NCBI GenBank assembly: GCA_950097015.1
Contig: CATNEN010000001.1
Span: 21,452,001 to 21,516,000 of the forward strand
Length of the DNA: 64,000 nt
Origin: Macrostomum hystrix
Lineage: Eukaryota; Animalia; Platyhelminthes
Direction of reading: 5' to 3'
Part shown: positions 1 to 13,300 of the stretch, in pieces
Position numbering within the stretch: the first letter of the stretch is position 1
How the letters are laid out: the number at the start of each line of letters is the position of its first letter
Position numbers and translations under genes: made by a program
Notes under the pieces: generated by a model
Told to the model about the DNA's origin: nothing
What the model saw: only the letters and a program-made list of their open reading frames with translations
The model's database searches: none

Positions 1-3000
1 AGAGTCGGCGCACACCGTAGTTGCTGGAGGCGGAGAGCAGGCACCAGACTGGCGCCGCTCCCATTCGGCCAGGTAGGAATCAACGCCTGGCGGTGCGGAC
101 AGCCGGTCAACTAGGAGGCGACCGCCGCGACCTAGCCGCAAGCCGACGTAGGCTGCCAAGGGTCGGTACTGGCTGCCGCTGTTGCTGGCGCCAACGGCAC
201 AGGGCAGGCGGGTGAGGCTGAAGAGTCTCCGATGCCCAGAGACGGGACCAGAAGAGGCGGGGGTTGCTGCGGGGTCGTCACTGCCGGGTTGGACAGTCAA
301 TGGTCTGGCTGGAGCGTACACGGAGCCAACTCGGCGACGGCACCACACGAAGCGACCGCCAACGCCTGGTAGAACGCCTCCAGTGGCCATTGAAGAGGCC
401 GACGGCGAGGTCAAGCCGGCGATAGACGAAGTATCATCATCGTCTAAGCAGACAACAGAGCCGAGAGGTGCAGGCAGTGGAGGCAGCTGCCGCCTTGCCC
501 GCTTGGTTGCGCCGCCTCGGTGATGCCGCTGCAGGAGCTGATGTTGATGAAGCAGGTGATGATTCTGTCGATGCTGATGATGCAGCAGATGTTGGGGCTG
601 AGCGTGATGATTAAGCGAATTTTTCCAGGAAGCTGCATTGGCGGCCGCGGCAGCTGACGCAATGTTGGCCAACTTTCGAGTCTCCGCCGCCGCCGCCGCA
701 GCAGCTGCAGCCTTCGCCGCCAACAGCTGGGTGCCGTCAAAGTCCTGCCCAGTCCATCGGCGTTGAAACAGTCGGAGCTCGGTGTCCAACAGAGCTGACT
801 TGGTCTCCTCGCGCCGGACCAACAGTTCAATGAGGGACCATGCTCGGTCCATGTCCCGCCTGAGGCGAAGCATCTTCTCGTAGCTGGCCTCGTCATTCTT
901 GCGATGCTTTCTAGTCTGCATCTTCTCGGTGCGCCGGCGGAAGGCCACATAGGGATCGTTTGTTGAGGAGCCATCTCGCCTCTCGGCTTTGATTGACAGG
1001 CTCAGCCGCTGGCCGTGCTTCAATCGCTTAGCTAGCCAATAATCGTATACGGCTGTTGTTAAGCCGTCGTCCTTCTTTAGCAGGGTCTTGGCCTCGTTCA
1101 GGCTGACCACAGTGTGGTCGCTGTGACGCTCCAGCTGTTCGAGCATTCGCTCCAGATCGATGGCTGGCAGGCCGAGCTTTGAAGCCGACAGCCAGGCTTC
1201 ATCTTCGCTGTCCAGATCATAGTCGGGCGTCTCGTTATCGCCGGGCTCCAGTGAGAACGCCTGAACTCGAATGTAGTGCTTTGGAAGTCGGAATGTGCCC
1301 TCGCGGCACAGGGCATGGTATAGGCTCTTGAACTTGTTAGCATTCTCATCGATCTCTGGTATGGGTATAGCATGCAGATCTGTTGACCTAAATTGTTGCT
1401 GCGCGAAAAGTGCCTCTTGCAGGTGGTGTTCCTAGCATAGGAGGGAGAAATCATAATTAGCTAAAGCATACTACATATTTTTTTATTTTAAGTATACTTA
1501 CCTCCTAAAATCTAAATAGAACAAGATGTTTATTATTTACCATAGGATGATATTCTCATCTAGATTATATCCTTTAGAAAAGATATATTGTCTGAATGAA
1601 CTTTTGTTTTCTCAAGGACAAAGTTACATTTCTTGAAATAGATACAATACTACTATAGTTCAAATACAATTTGCACTATTGTAAATGGCAGTTTGAATTT
1701 CTAGTCTTTAAAGACAATATATATCACAATAGTTTAACCCAAGACTGTTGTTTGTAAAACAGTGTTTTATTCTAAAGTATTGTTCTTTGCCTTCTTAGCT
1801 AACTAATCTTATCCCCTTGAGCTTATTTAATTACTTTGTTTCAAGGTATGTCAATTTTTACTATAGCTAAAAATAGTTTGAAAAGTCTGGTTTGTTTGAT
1901 TGAAATTATTACTTTCTGTTTCAGTTTTAAAGTTGTTTTGAGACTGACCTTATTGCCCTTATTGCCCTAACTAAATGAAAACATTTTATTTTGTATTTTC
2001 AGCTTCATGTTCATAATAAGCTAGTCAAAGCTTGACAGCTTGAATAAATATTTTTTATAAAAGCATACATGTAAAATAGAAGTTTATGGCATAATTACTT
2101 CAAAAAGATATTAAGTTTAAAAATTAATTTACCTTAACTTATGATCACAATTTAAATAATTTAACTATAGTGAACTCAAAATCACAAGTCAAAACTATAA
2201 CTATAGGTATAAAATCCAATAGTAATCATTAGTTGGACATAGCTTGAGATTGGTTAGATTAGACCAGGACTTAGCTTTGTCTTCGTTTAGTAGGGGCCTA
2301 TATATTTTAGTCTATAGACTTACCCTGATACTGATAGCCAAAATCTACTGACTAATATAGTCAAGAAATGTATGCCCCAATTGTTTAAATGTAAAATGTC
2401 TCTCATTTTGTTTCTTTAGGGCCAGCTTGCCTTTTGAAATTTGTTATAGTGTACAATGTAAGTATTTATATATCAGTTACTGTGTCAATGGCATTACATA
2501 GTACAAACAGACAAGACAAAAATAAAGAAAATCAAGCACAAGAACTTTTTTATTAGGTTGTAGGCTGAAGCCACATACCTTGTTGTCTAAAGTGGCCAAA
2601 AGTTTTAAACAGTTAAATAAGCCAAAGGCAAGTTGCCAGCCAAGTGAAAATGTGGTTTCGTTTTTTATTTTGCTTCGAATAGGTGCCATAAATACATACA
2701 ATGTACATGGCCTAGACGGATCTACTTTGTAGTTAGCTGACTAATGCATTTCTAAAATTTTGCTTCCTGGAGGCTTTTCGACATTTAAAGTCCATAATTA
2801 CAATGGTTAAAGTATTCAATCACAGTCAAGTATAAAGATATAATAGATAAGGTGTAGAAGTAAAGTAGTACCGTTTCTTCATCCTTCTCCATGCCTGAAG
2901 GCAAGAGAGGCACAGATCGGCTGATTGATGCATAGTCGCCGAGATCCGCGATTTCATGATCAAAATGCAGTTGCAGAGGTCGATTGGAGTCTAGAGCTCG

Positions 3001-3024
3001 GGCTCGAAAAGACACTTTGCTCAT
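1..3024 (-). CDS. EPC1: Enhancer of polycomb homolog (NuA4/TIP60 subunit), 3'-partial; exons 3024-2872 and 1431-<1
   Basis: Exon 1 encodes MSKVSFRARALDSNRPLQLHFDHEIADLGDYASISRSVPLLPSGMEKDEET, matching the EPC N-terminus. A phase-0 intron (GTACTA...TAG) joins it to EHHLQEALFAQQQ...PDYDLDSEDEAWL...VYDYWLAKR...NDPYVAFRRRTEKMQTRKHRKNDEASYEKMLRLRRD. A later motif reads YVGLRLGRGGRLLVDR. The frame is open to position 1. Confidence 0.95.
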
Positions 3025-3237
3025 AATGTACTTTCCGCAACCTCCCAGTGTCGAACGTTGGCAGTGGCTGCCAGTTGAGAGTTGCAACAAAATACAAAAC
3101 TGACATGAAATCTACAAATCTCTTTACATAGCAAAAATACACCAACAATAGTAAGAAAAAGGCTCGGTTGATTGCTGACGCTAATTAATATCCACAAAGA
3201 AGACTCTCTTCGTTAGAAATAATCGCTGATAGAAATC

Positions 3238-3249
3238 CAAGATGGCCGC
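3238..3249. promoter_or_regulatory. YY1/Pho-type motif CAAGATGGCCGC upstream of EPC
   Basis: Matches the YY1 consensus AANATGGCSGC about 215 bp upstream of the EPC ATG; function untested. Confidence 0.35.
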
Positions 3250-6200
3250 TGAAACGGAGAATTTTTTGACGCTTTTCCCCTCGATTCTATTATATACTAC
3301 GCTTGTGCAAGAATAACATGCGACTGGAATTTGGTTCAGTAGTGTAATGCGCCTATTTCGCTTAGAAAAATTTCTCGACTTATTGAAAGAGTGGAGTTTT
3401 TATGCAAAATACATTTTAAAAGGAAATTAAAAAACGAATTTTAGTAAAAAATGATATGCTAAGAATACAATCATAGTTGCATGTGTATTTTAAAATACAA
3501 AATTAACTGAAAACTTTACAAAGCGAAGTAGTAACATTGCTGTAAAGCATTTCCGTAGCACCATTCAATTGATAATTTGTACTCAGTAGGTTGTTGCGTT
3601 TAGTAGTTAAAGACATTGAAAAATTACCTGATTATATATAGTTAAAGACTCTGACCTTGATTTGTTATTTCTATTCCTTTTATGTATCTAACGCTGCATT
3701 TCATGAGTAGTATAAGCCATGCATTTCGAATTGTCATGAAATTTAGCTTTTTACGTGGCGTGGCGTGTTAAATTAGTCAGCCCACACAAGTTAAGAGAAC
3801 AGAGAGGATAGACCAGCTAGAGATGGCCTGGATAGTGAAAACCTCTCTACGCCGCTTTTTTGCTTGCATACTATATGATAGCAATATTCGTGTACAATAT
3901 CAGGTCTGCATTTTGCACGTCTCAGCAAGTTATCATTATCACGAGTTGCTCAATTCATGTAGGCTCGACAGCAGTCCGTAATACGTTTCTTCGATTACAC
4001 TTTAAGCTATAGCTTTTAATCTTTCTGCTTTAAAAGGGATCCATTCACTCCATCTGATAAACTTTAATATTAAAAAAGTCAGTCCAATGCGAGAGAAACA
4101 CTCAAGGATCAAGGATGTCTTATCTTAGTAAAACTTTAAATATGAATATTAAGAATTAGTATACTTCGCTTAAAAATATAGCTCTCTAGAATTTGCAGAT
4201 ATCAATTAGGCTCTTCAATGACAAACGAGGCCAATTAAAGACCCGAACGAGTGAATAGTTAGTCACACGGCCCTTTAGGAGCAGTTATTCGTGTCTTGCA
4301 CCTGGCACCGAGTTTTAGATAGGCCAAAAATGGGCACCAAAGAGCAGAGCACTGCTCACGTGTTCCAATCGACTCTCGCATGCAGTTGCTGGACTCAGGG
4401 CATTCCTAATCTATTCACAGTATACGCTCAAATACATATTGAATTGACAAGGCGTTGTCCACGTGGGTCCAACGCACTGCCGACAGTCGAGAAGTGTCAT
4501 GCGATCAATTGCCAACTAGTTATTTAATAGTGCAACCAACCAATCGCAACAAGATGAGGGCAAGTTTCTATTTAAAATAATTCACGCAGTGAAGCCATTT
4601 GTACTCGATTTAGAGTGAGTGAGTGAATTTTAATAACTGGTACAATATTTTTTGTTATAACTGCGTACACAAAAAGCCGGCAAATATTTTATTTATAACA
4701 AATCATGAAAAACGTTTATATAGGTGCGCATTTATTACTTTGCTTCAGCTTTTTCGTTTTCTTCACTAGGCGGACAAGCAAAGAAGCGAAGTGTATGCAG
4801 ATATACTATTATTATTATTATTCTTATTATTTTATTAGTGAGATAAAAAAAGAAGTTTGAGAAACGCAGGCAAAATCCCGTGAACGAACAGACAGAACAG
4901 AACAGAAAACTAACAACAGCAACAACGAGAGAACATGTGAGAATAATTGTTAATTAACCAGCTTTTTAAAAAATTAGAATTATTAGAGAAACTCTCACGC
5001 GTGTTAACTTAGGTGAACAGCTACGGCTAACAGTCGAACAGCTCTAAAAGTACAACTCGGTTCTAGCGAGGAATGCTATTAATAAAGAAGAACAATAATC
5101 AAAATAAGCTTTCTTACTTCGCTACTGGACTTATGCATATGCGAGAACAAATGTGCAGCGTGTGATGAAAATTTACTAGAATCATTGATTCTAATTAAAA
5201 TCAGTGCGCTTACAAAACAGGGATCAATACATTCTAGGAAAGAGGTGCACACAAGACCAAAATATGATATTTTGCTGGCCTGAAGAAACCTTGCTTTTGC
5301 TTGTTTATCGATTAAAAAAGCAGCAGAAATTGTGCCAAGCGAACTGAGGGAAGGTAATAAAATGCAGATTTCATTGCAGATGCTAGGCACAGCAATGAAC
5401 CATTGGATGAACATTCTCAATCATCAATAACAATGCTTTTGTTAATAGTTTGATCTGTAACTCAGGGAGTGTGTGTTGCCAGGTGCTCATGCCTGCCCAT
5501 ATTGTTCTGCCATTGTGCATGTGTGACACCAATGTGTTTGGTTAACAAAAATGGCAAACAACTCAATTGACGGGAATTAATTGGGATAGCAAAAATGAAC
5601 AACTTCCATGAAATCACAGATCAGACAAGAAACTTACTGAAGCAATCATTTCATTAATGAATGTAACATACACATCTTGTGTATCTCGATTTTATACATA
5701 CTGGGTAGCTTTGTTGACCTAAATATTAAAATAATCTAGTACTGTTTACCGGCCCTTACAAGCAATGCTGGCAATTGCTGAACATTGTCACTGACCAATT
5801 GACACAGTCCCTATTAGTTTGGGAAGTGCCATAGACTAATAGCTATGTGCAAGGTGCAACTTCTAAAACAACATTGGTCACTGACAGTTAAATAGCTGTC
5901 ATAAAAAGTTCAAAGATGGTCATTGCAATGGTGAGGAAGGTTCAAATGACAGAAAACCCAGTATATATAACTTAAGTGCATTCGAGCGACACAAAGTTTG
6001 ATTTGCAAAACATAAAAAAATGAATTAGGAATTAATTACAGCATGACAGAACACGGGCACAGGCTAAGCTAGCTGGACTATTGGAGGGGGCTAATGGATG
6101 CCAAGCTTAAATGATCGCGGCACTAGTTTGGTGGCACTTACACAAGGTGACAACGAGAGGCTCAATGTGAGGAGAAACACGAACTAAAGCTTCACTTGGA

Positions 6201-7011
6201 TTACTAATAACATAAGCATTACAGTTTACGGATTACTTTAAGTACTAAAGCGTGGTTATTTCTACAAAGGAAAGTAATTAAATATTATAGCAGACAGTCT
6301 GCTCATACTTGTACACTCCACGGCTAAACAAAACAGCGATAATTAATTCAATCATAAATCATGTTCTATTTGATATAAAAGAATAAATAAACAAACCTAA
6401 ACAACTAAAAAAACAAACGAATTAACAAAGAAAAACAAACAACAAGCACAGACGAGGAGGAAGGCTAGTTAGACATTTTTACGAAATTTACGAAATGTTA
6501 CACGTTTTTAGTACACGTTGCACTTTTTCAACGCTGAAATCTGAAATGGTAAGTAAAAAATGTTTTCATTTCTACTCATGTCAGTAGTGCAACGGGAGAT
6601 TGGAATGCGGCCAATTCCAAATTAATTGCGCTAGGTCCAGCCAGATTAAATTGCTTCCACCTGCCTGGTTTTAATCTAGTTCAATCCAATCTATCTCCCA
6701 GTCATTCCCTCATCTGCCCAGTTTTCCGCGAAATCATTATTAATTTCTTACTGACTGATAAGCCAAATCTTACTGGCTTACTGACTGCCCATTATTCTTT
6801 CAGGATTAAGCAGCCCTTCTTACGGTCGATATTTAGCCTACAGCATTCGCTAATCTGAGCTAATAAAAAATATTATCAACGATAATCAACTGACTTGCAA
6901 AGTATCTGCCCAACCTGGCTAATTGTCGATCGGTCCTTCGACCTACCTGACAACCTGAAACCTCCATGTCCATCGGCGCTTGGCCTATCTGTTCAGCCCT
7001 TCTTTTCTGCA

Positions 7012-7245
7012 TCTGTCCATCTGTCCTTCCCTACCTGTCCATCCGTCCTTCCCTACCTGTCCATCCATCCTTCCCTACCTGTCCATCCGTCCTTCTCTAC
7101 CTGTCCATCCGTCCTCCCCTACCTGTCCATCTGCCCTCCCTAACCTGTCCATCCATCCTCCCATTGTTGTCCACCCGTCCTCCCATACCTGTCTACTCGA
7201 CATACTATACCTGTCCACCTGCTCTCCTTACCGCCAACCTGTCCT
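7012..7245. repeat. Degenerate 22-bp minisatellite (CTACCTGTCCATCCGTCCTTCC)n
   Basis: Unit starts at 7031, 7053, 7075; lies in the presumed 3' UTR of the MBD5/6-like gene. Confidence 0.85.
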
Positions 7246-7375
7246 ATTCTATACGCACTAGCACTATACGCCTTCTGTACGCCAGCTAATGAGGCAGATA
7301 ACTCACACTAGCATCGCATCGCAGAGACAAAAGGCAACAGCAAATAGAGCTCTGAGTTGACAATCAACCAACAGC

Positions 7376-10300
7376 TCAGTGCGAATTCGCCGCTCCCGGA
7401 TCATTGTCCAGCAGGTCTGGCCGCGCTTGACAAGCTTCGGTCTGCTCGCGCACCATCGCCGAGGGCAGAAATTCAAGCAGCGACTTCGACGAAATCTCCG
7501 GCCAACGAGACGGTCGACCGTCTGGAGCCGACGGCGCCCGCTGACGACCGTCAAGCCGATGCTGCTGCGGGTGCTGATGGCTGGCATCAGTGGCGGCGAA
7601 ATGGCCATTCGAAGCGTGCCGCTGACGCAGCATTCGGCCGGAGAAGTTGGACCAAGCCTGAGCCGGCCCAGTCTGAGTAGATATCGGAGCCGAGATCCAT
7701 GTGACGGAGCTGCCAGGCACCACAAGGCGGGACTCAGGGCTGGCCACACGGCGCGGCGCGATCACGATCACACTCTCTGCGCTGGCCTCCAGATCATTCT
7801 CTTCGGTGGCCTCGGCTGCTGCCGGAGCTTTGCTGTCATCGTCTGTCTCATCCTGATCGTCTTGGGCCGCTGGAGGCTCATCAGCTTCGGCCTGTTGATC
7901 AGGTTAGGAGAAATTTTAAGCAGTGACGAAATATCTGATCAGGATGGGAATCTCAGTCTGAGCATCTGATCAGGATGGGAATCTCAGTCTGAGCATATCT
8001 GAGCAGGATGGGAATCTCAGTCTGAGCATATCTGAGCAGGATGGGAATCTCAGTCTGAGCATATCTGAGCAGGATGGGAATCTCAGTCTGAGCATATCTG
8101 AGCAGAATGGGAATCTCAGTCTGAGCATATCTGAGCAGGATGGGAATCTCAGTCTGAGCATATCTGAGCAGGATGGGAATCTCAGTCTGAGCATATCTGA
8201 GCAGGATGGGAATCTCAGTCTGAGCATATCTGAGCAGGATGGGAATCTCAGTCTGAGCATATCTGAGCAGGATGGGAATCAGACACTCAGAATTTCGGCT
8301 TACCTCATCTTCTTTCGACTTTTTAGCAGCCTCTTCATCTTCAACGCCGACTGCAGCCCTCTTCAGCTCCAAGCGTCGGGCACTGCGGCAGCCACCGTCG
8401 AGCTGCTGCTGCTGCTGCTCCTGACTGAGCGGCGGCGGCCACAGAGTGGGACTATCCGGCCGGAAATTGAACAGCTGCCTGACAGCTTCCAGAGCTTCGG
8501 CGCTGTCGCTGCCGCCAGCGTCCGCATCCGACTCAGCTGCGGTGTCGTCAGCCTGGGAGCAGGAGCCGCGCTTCTGCCGGCGCTGCCTCAGGTCGCAGGC
8601 AGGCGGCAGGGCGCACAGGCAGGAGTCCGGCCGGCTCAGGTAGCCGCGGACAGCGTCGGCGCTAGACAGCAGCTCACCGGAGCAACTGCGGGTCGGGCGG
8701 GGTCAAGAGGGTCAAGAGGGGTCAAATAATAATCACCAGACACAGAAGTGTGATGTGGAATGGAAACGAAAAAGAGACTTTAGATGAGATGAAAAATATC
8801 AATAACAATAATGTTTATATAACTTGAAAAATAGTAATATGATGAGACCTTAATGAGACTGACCCGATAATCCACTCGCAGGTAGCTAAGTGTGACCCGA
8901 TAATCCCCTCACTTGTATCTAGCTGTGAACCGATACCCCACTAAAGTAGGTGTGACCCGATAATCCGCTCACTGGTAGCTAGGCGTGACCCGATAATCCA
9001 CTCACAGGTAGCTAGGTGTGACCCGATAATCGACTCACAGGTAGCTAGGTGTGACTTGATAATCCACCTACAGGGAGGTGTGACTTCCTAATCCACCTAC
9101 AGGGAGGTGTGATCCGATAATCCACTTACAGGGAGGTGTGGCCCGATAATCCACCTACAGGGAGGTGTGACTTCATAATCCACTTACAGGGAGGTGTGGC
9201 CCGATAATCCACTCACAGATAGCTAAAAGGTAGATAAGAGTACAGAATCAGCAGGAGAATTCGCTAGATAATGTAAATCTAATATTGAGAAAATGACACG
9301 ATTGAAGTACACAATAATCTCACCAGCCCAAAGGGGAGCAAAATGAGAGAGAGAGAAAAGAGAAAAATAAAAAACCGAAGCATGGCCAAAGAGTGGTACA
9401 TCTACTTACACACACAGTAAGACAGATTGACAAAGAGGTGGAGAAAAGCACACAAAACTACTTTATTATGATGGTAAATGATGATTTATGATTAATGCTT
9501 ACTCTATACAAATTACACACTATGTGCGAGTGTTATGCATAAGCGGATAGGTCTTTGTAGCCGCCGACTTAGTCTGGGGCGCAGTCCGGATAAATTAGAC
9601 AAAATTAAATAGTTGAAAAAAGAAACACACAAAACTGATCAATCAACAGGTTATGTAAACGGTATTGGTTGCTTGTTTAAAGTGATTATTATAAGAGATT
9701 GATAAATATGTAATGCAACAAGCCAATGGTACCGGAGTATAGTAGCAGCAGCAGCAGCAGCAGCAGCAGCAGTGTAACAATCAAATTTCCATTACAAAAA
9801 TGCATGTCAAAACAAAATACCGCCGGCAAAGAGAAGAACAAAATGATTTTAATAAACTACGCTGATGAGTAGACGATTAGTATAGGAAAAAACACAGTGG
9901 TAATGCGTGTGCCGTGTGTGCCGTGTGTGGTGCAGATTATATGAACTGTCTCTCTTTAGACTAGAATAAACTAGAAGCAAATAATCAGAATCATAACAAT
10001 GATTAAATAAGTATTCAGAATCAGGCGAACTAGGGTCTTCCTGGGTCTTATTATGTTAAGAAATTATAACAAAAAACTAACAAACTAAATGACAAGGAGA
10101 CAATAATGAGCTTCAATCCAGAATGAAGATGAATTGAATTTGATCAATAAGATCAAACCTATTTGTATTTTAATAATTTTCCCTTTAATTCTTCTTCAAA
10201 AAAGAAGTTCAGAGACAAGAATAAAATGTATCATACCGACCGGCGCCTTGGCAACTGCCAACACAGACAGTTGCAGAGCTGCGAATTCCGTTGCAAGGCA

Positions 10301-13300
10301 CCTGCAGATTAGCCTGATGAATCGCGCGTGCAATGATTTGATTTTCTATATATTTGAAAGCCAGAAAGACTGCTAAAACTGCGTTTGGCATGTATTGATT
10401 GATATGCACCTGTCGCTTGTTATCAGGGTGAAGAACTTACACACAGATGGCTTGCTGAATATCTGGATGTTGGTATTTAACTACTTTTGCATTGTCAAAA
10501 ACTATTTAAAATAACTATAAGTGAATATTATTTTCTTAAACTTAAACGACAATCTACTTCAAGACTCTTTGGGTCTCTTGGACATGGGATTTTTATCCCT
10601 AAAAACTGAGAGTTGAAAAGTTTTATTCCACAGTTCTTCTAGTTGTCGGATCCTTATTCCTAAAACTATTCAGCTCCTAAAGTTGCATGATTTTGAACCT
10701 CAGCTCAAAGAGATTTGTCGGATTTTGATCCTCAGCTCAAAGAGATTTGTCGGATTTTGATCCTCAGCTCAAAGAGATTTGTCGGATTTTGATCCTCAGC
10801 TCAAAGAGATTTGTCGGATTTTGATCCTCAGCTCAAAAAGATTTGTCGGACTTTGATCCTAAGCTAAAAAATCTATGGGATTTTGATCCTCAGCTCAAAA
10901 AGATTTGTCGGATTTTAATCCTCAGCTCAAAGAGATTTGTCGGATTTTGATCCTAAGCTAAAAAATCTATGGGATTTTGATCCTCAGCTCAAAAAGATTT
11001 GTCGGATTTTAATCCTCAGCTCAAAGAGATTTGTCGGACTTTGATCCTAAGCTAAAAAATCTATGGGATTTTGATCCTCAGCTCAAAAAGATTTGTCGGA
11101 TTTTAATCCTCAGCTCAAAGAGATTTGTCGGATTTTGATCCTAAGCTAAAAAATCTATGGGATTTTGATCCTCAGCTCAAAAAGATTTGTCGGATTTTAA
11201 TCCTCAGCTCAAAGAGATTTGTCGGATTTTGATCCTAAGCTAAAAATTCTATGGGATTTTGATCCTCAGCACCTAGAAATGTATGATTTTTATCCTCAGC
11301 TCAAAGAGATTTGTCGGATTTTGATCCTTAACTCAAAAAGATTTGTCGGACTTTGATCCTAAGCAAAAAAAAATTTATGGGATTTTGATCCTTATCTCCA
11401 ATAGTTGTGGGATTTTTATCCTCAACTCCAAAAGTTGTCGGATTTTGATCCCCAGCTTCTAGAGTTGTGGGACCTTTATACCCTCTAAAATGGTACGAAT
11501 TATTTGGACTTACAATCCAAACATTTAATAACTTCGAACTTATATTAGGGTACCTATTAAAAGTCTTGTTACCACAAAGCGAGACAAAAGAATGTTCATC
11601 TTTTTAGTTTAAACAAGATTAGGGATTACAAAAATTCTAGTTTAAAAAAGCAACAGAAACAGGTCATTTAAGTATATATGAGCGCATGACTCGGCTGGTT
11701 TGTGTGCGAATTGCACTACTTACTTACCCTCAGTGAGTAGCTATAAAGAGTGTAGGAAGTATTTATTGCAAAATGAACAAAACAATCATTTAAGTTTGTC
11801 GTGAGCAGAAATTTCGATTTATACTTTACCTGACTTTTCACGAGGTCGTGAGCTGAGCAGCTAAGAATCACAAATTAATAGATGTGAAACAAAAATATTG
11901 TTGACATTAGTTTTAAACAGTTTGTGCAGTTCAATAACTTGAAATTTCCCAGGAAATAGCATTGATTAATGCGTGAATATAACGTTTTTAGTATAACAAA
12001 AAGGGCTGCGTTGTTAAAAAAAAGCGCAATTAACACAGATTAGCGTGAAGCTCTGAAAACGACAATCACGAACATACCTTATTTTATAGACGAGAGGTAA
12101 TAAGAACAACCGGTTAGATAATTCATTGGGTAAAAACTGACACGTATTAATTGGTTTGCTAACCTGAAAACATTTTTTATATCACTGAAACTTATTCTTC
12201 CCAAAATCGTTAGATTTAAATCCTAATGTCATATCCTGAATACCTGAACCCTGATCCCACATCCTGAATACCTGAACCCTGATCCCACATCCTGAATACC
12301 TGAACCCTGATCCCACATGCTGAATACCTGAACCCTGATCCCACACCCTGAATACCTGAACCCTGATCCCACACCCTGAATACCTGAACCCTGATCCCAC
12401 ATGCTGAATACCTGAACCCTGATCCCACACCCTGAATACCTGAACCCTGATCCCACATGCTGAATACCTGAACCCTGATCCCACATGCTGAATACCTGAA
12501 CCCTGATCCCACACCCTGAATACCTGAACCCTGATCCCACATGCTGAATACCTGAACCCTGATCCAACATGCTGAATACCTGAACACTGATCCCACATGC
12601 TGAATACCTGAACCCTGATCCCACACCCTGAATACCTGAACCCTGATCCCACATGCTGAATACCTGAACCCTGATCCCACACCCTGAATACCTGAACCCT
12701 GATCCCACATCCTGAATACCTGAACCCTGATCCCACATGCTGAATACCTGAACCCTGATCCCACACCCTGAATACCTGAACCCTGATCCCACATCCTGAA
12801 TACCTGAACCCTGATCCCACACCCTGAATACCTGAACCCTGATCCCACATCCTGAATACCTGAACCCTGATCCCACATCCTGAATACCTGAACCCTGATC
12901 CCACATGCTGAATACCTGAACCCTGATCCCACACCCTGAATACCTGAACCCTGATCCCACACCCTGAATACGTAGTTTTATTTTAATTATTAGAGTTAGA
13001 TGAGAATTAGTTTAATTTAGTGGTAAAATAAGTTAGGTAGAACAAAAAAACTAATTCTAACGTCTCAGTTGACGTAAGCGAAGGAAGTAATAGGTTTGTT
13101 ATAAACATCTAGACAACCAATACAAAGCACATTTTTCAAACCGTTGGAAATCAAACAACATCAATAGTGCATTTGTTTGATAAAAAAAAGTGATTAGAAA
13201 AATGATTTAACACTTGAAGAAGTCAATAGTAGTAAGCATGGAACCACCAGCCGGCAAAGCAAGCTAAAAGCAGAGATGTAGAAAGCAACAATAGCTCAGA

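Noticed and set aside
21-1454. Short ORFs listed at 21-523, 444-974 and 1098-1454
   Set aside because: Antisense or off-frame shadows of EPC exon 2
12182-12962. Three overlapping ~250-aa ORFs
   Set aside because: Translation of a 28-bp tandem repeat inside an intron
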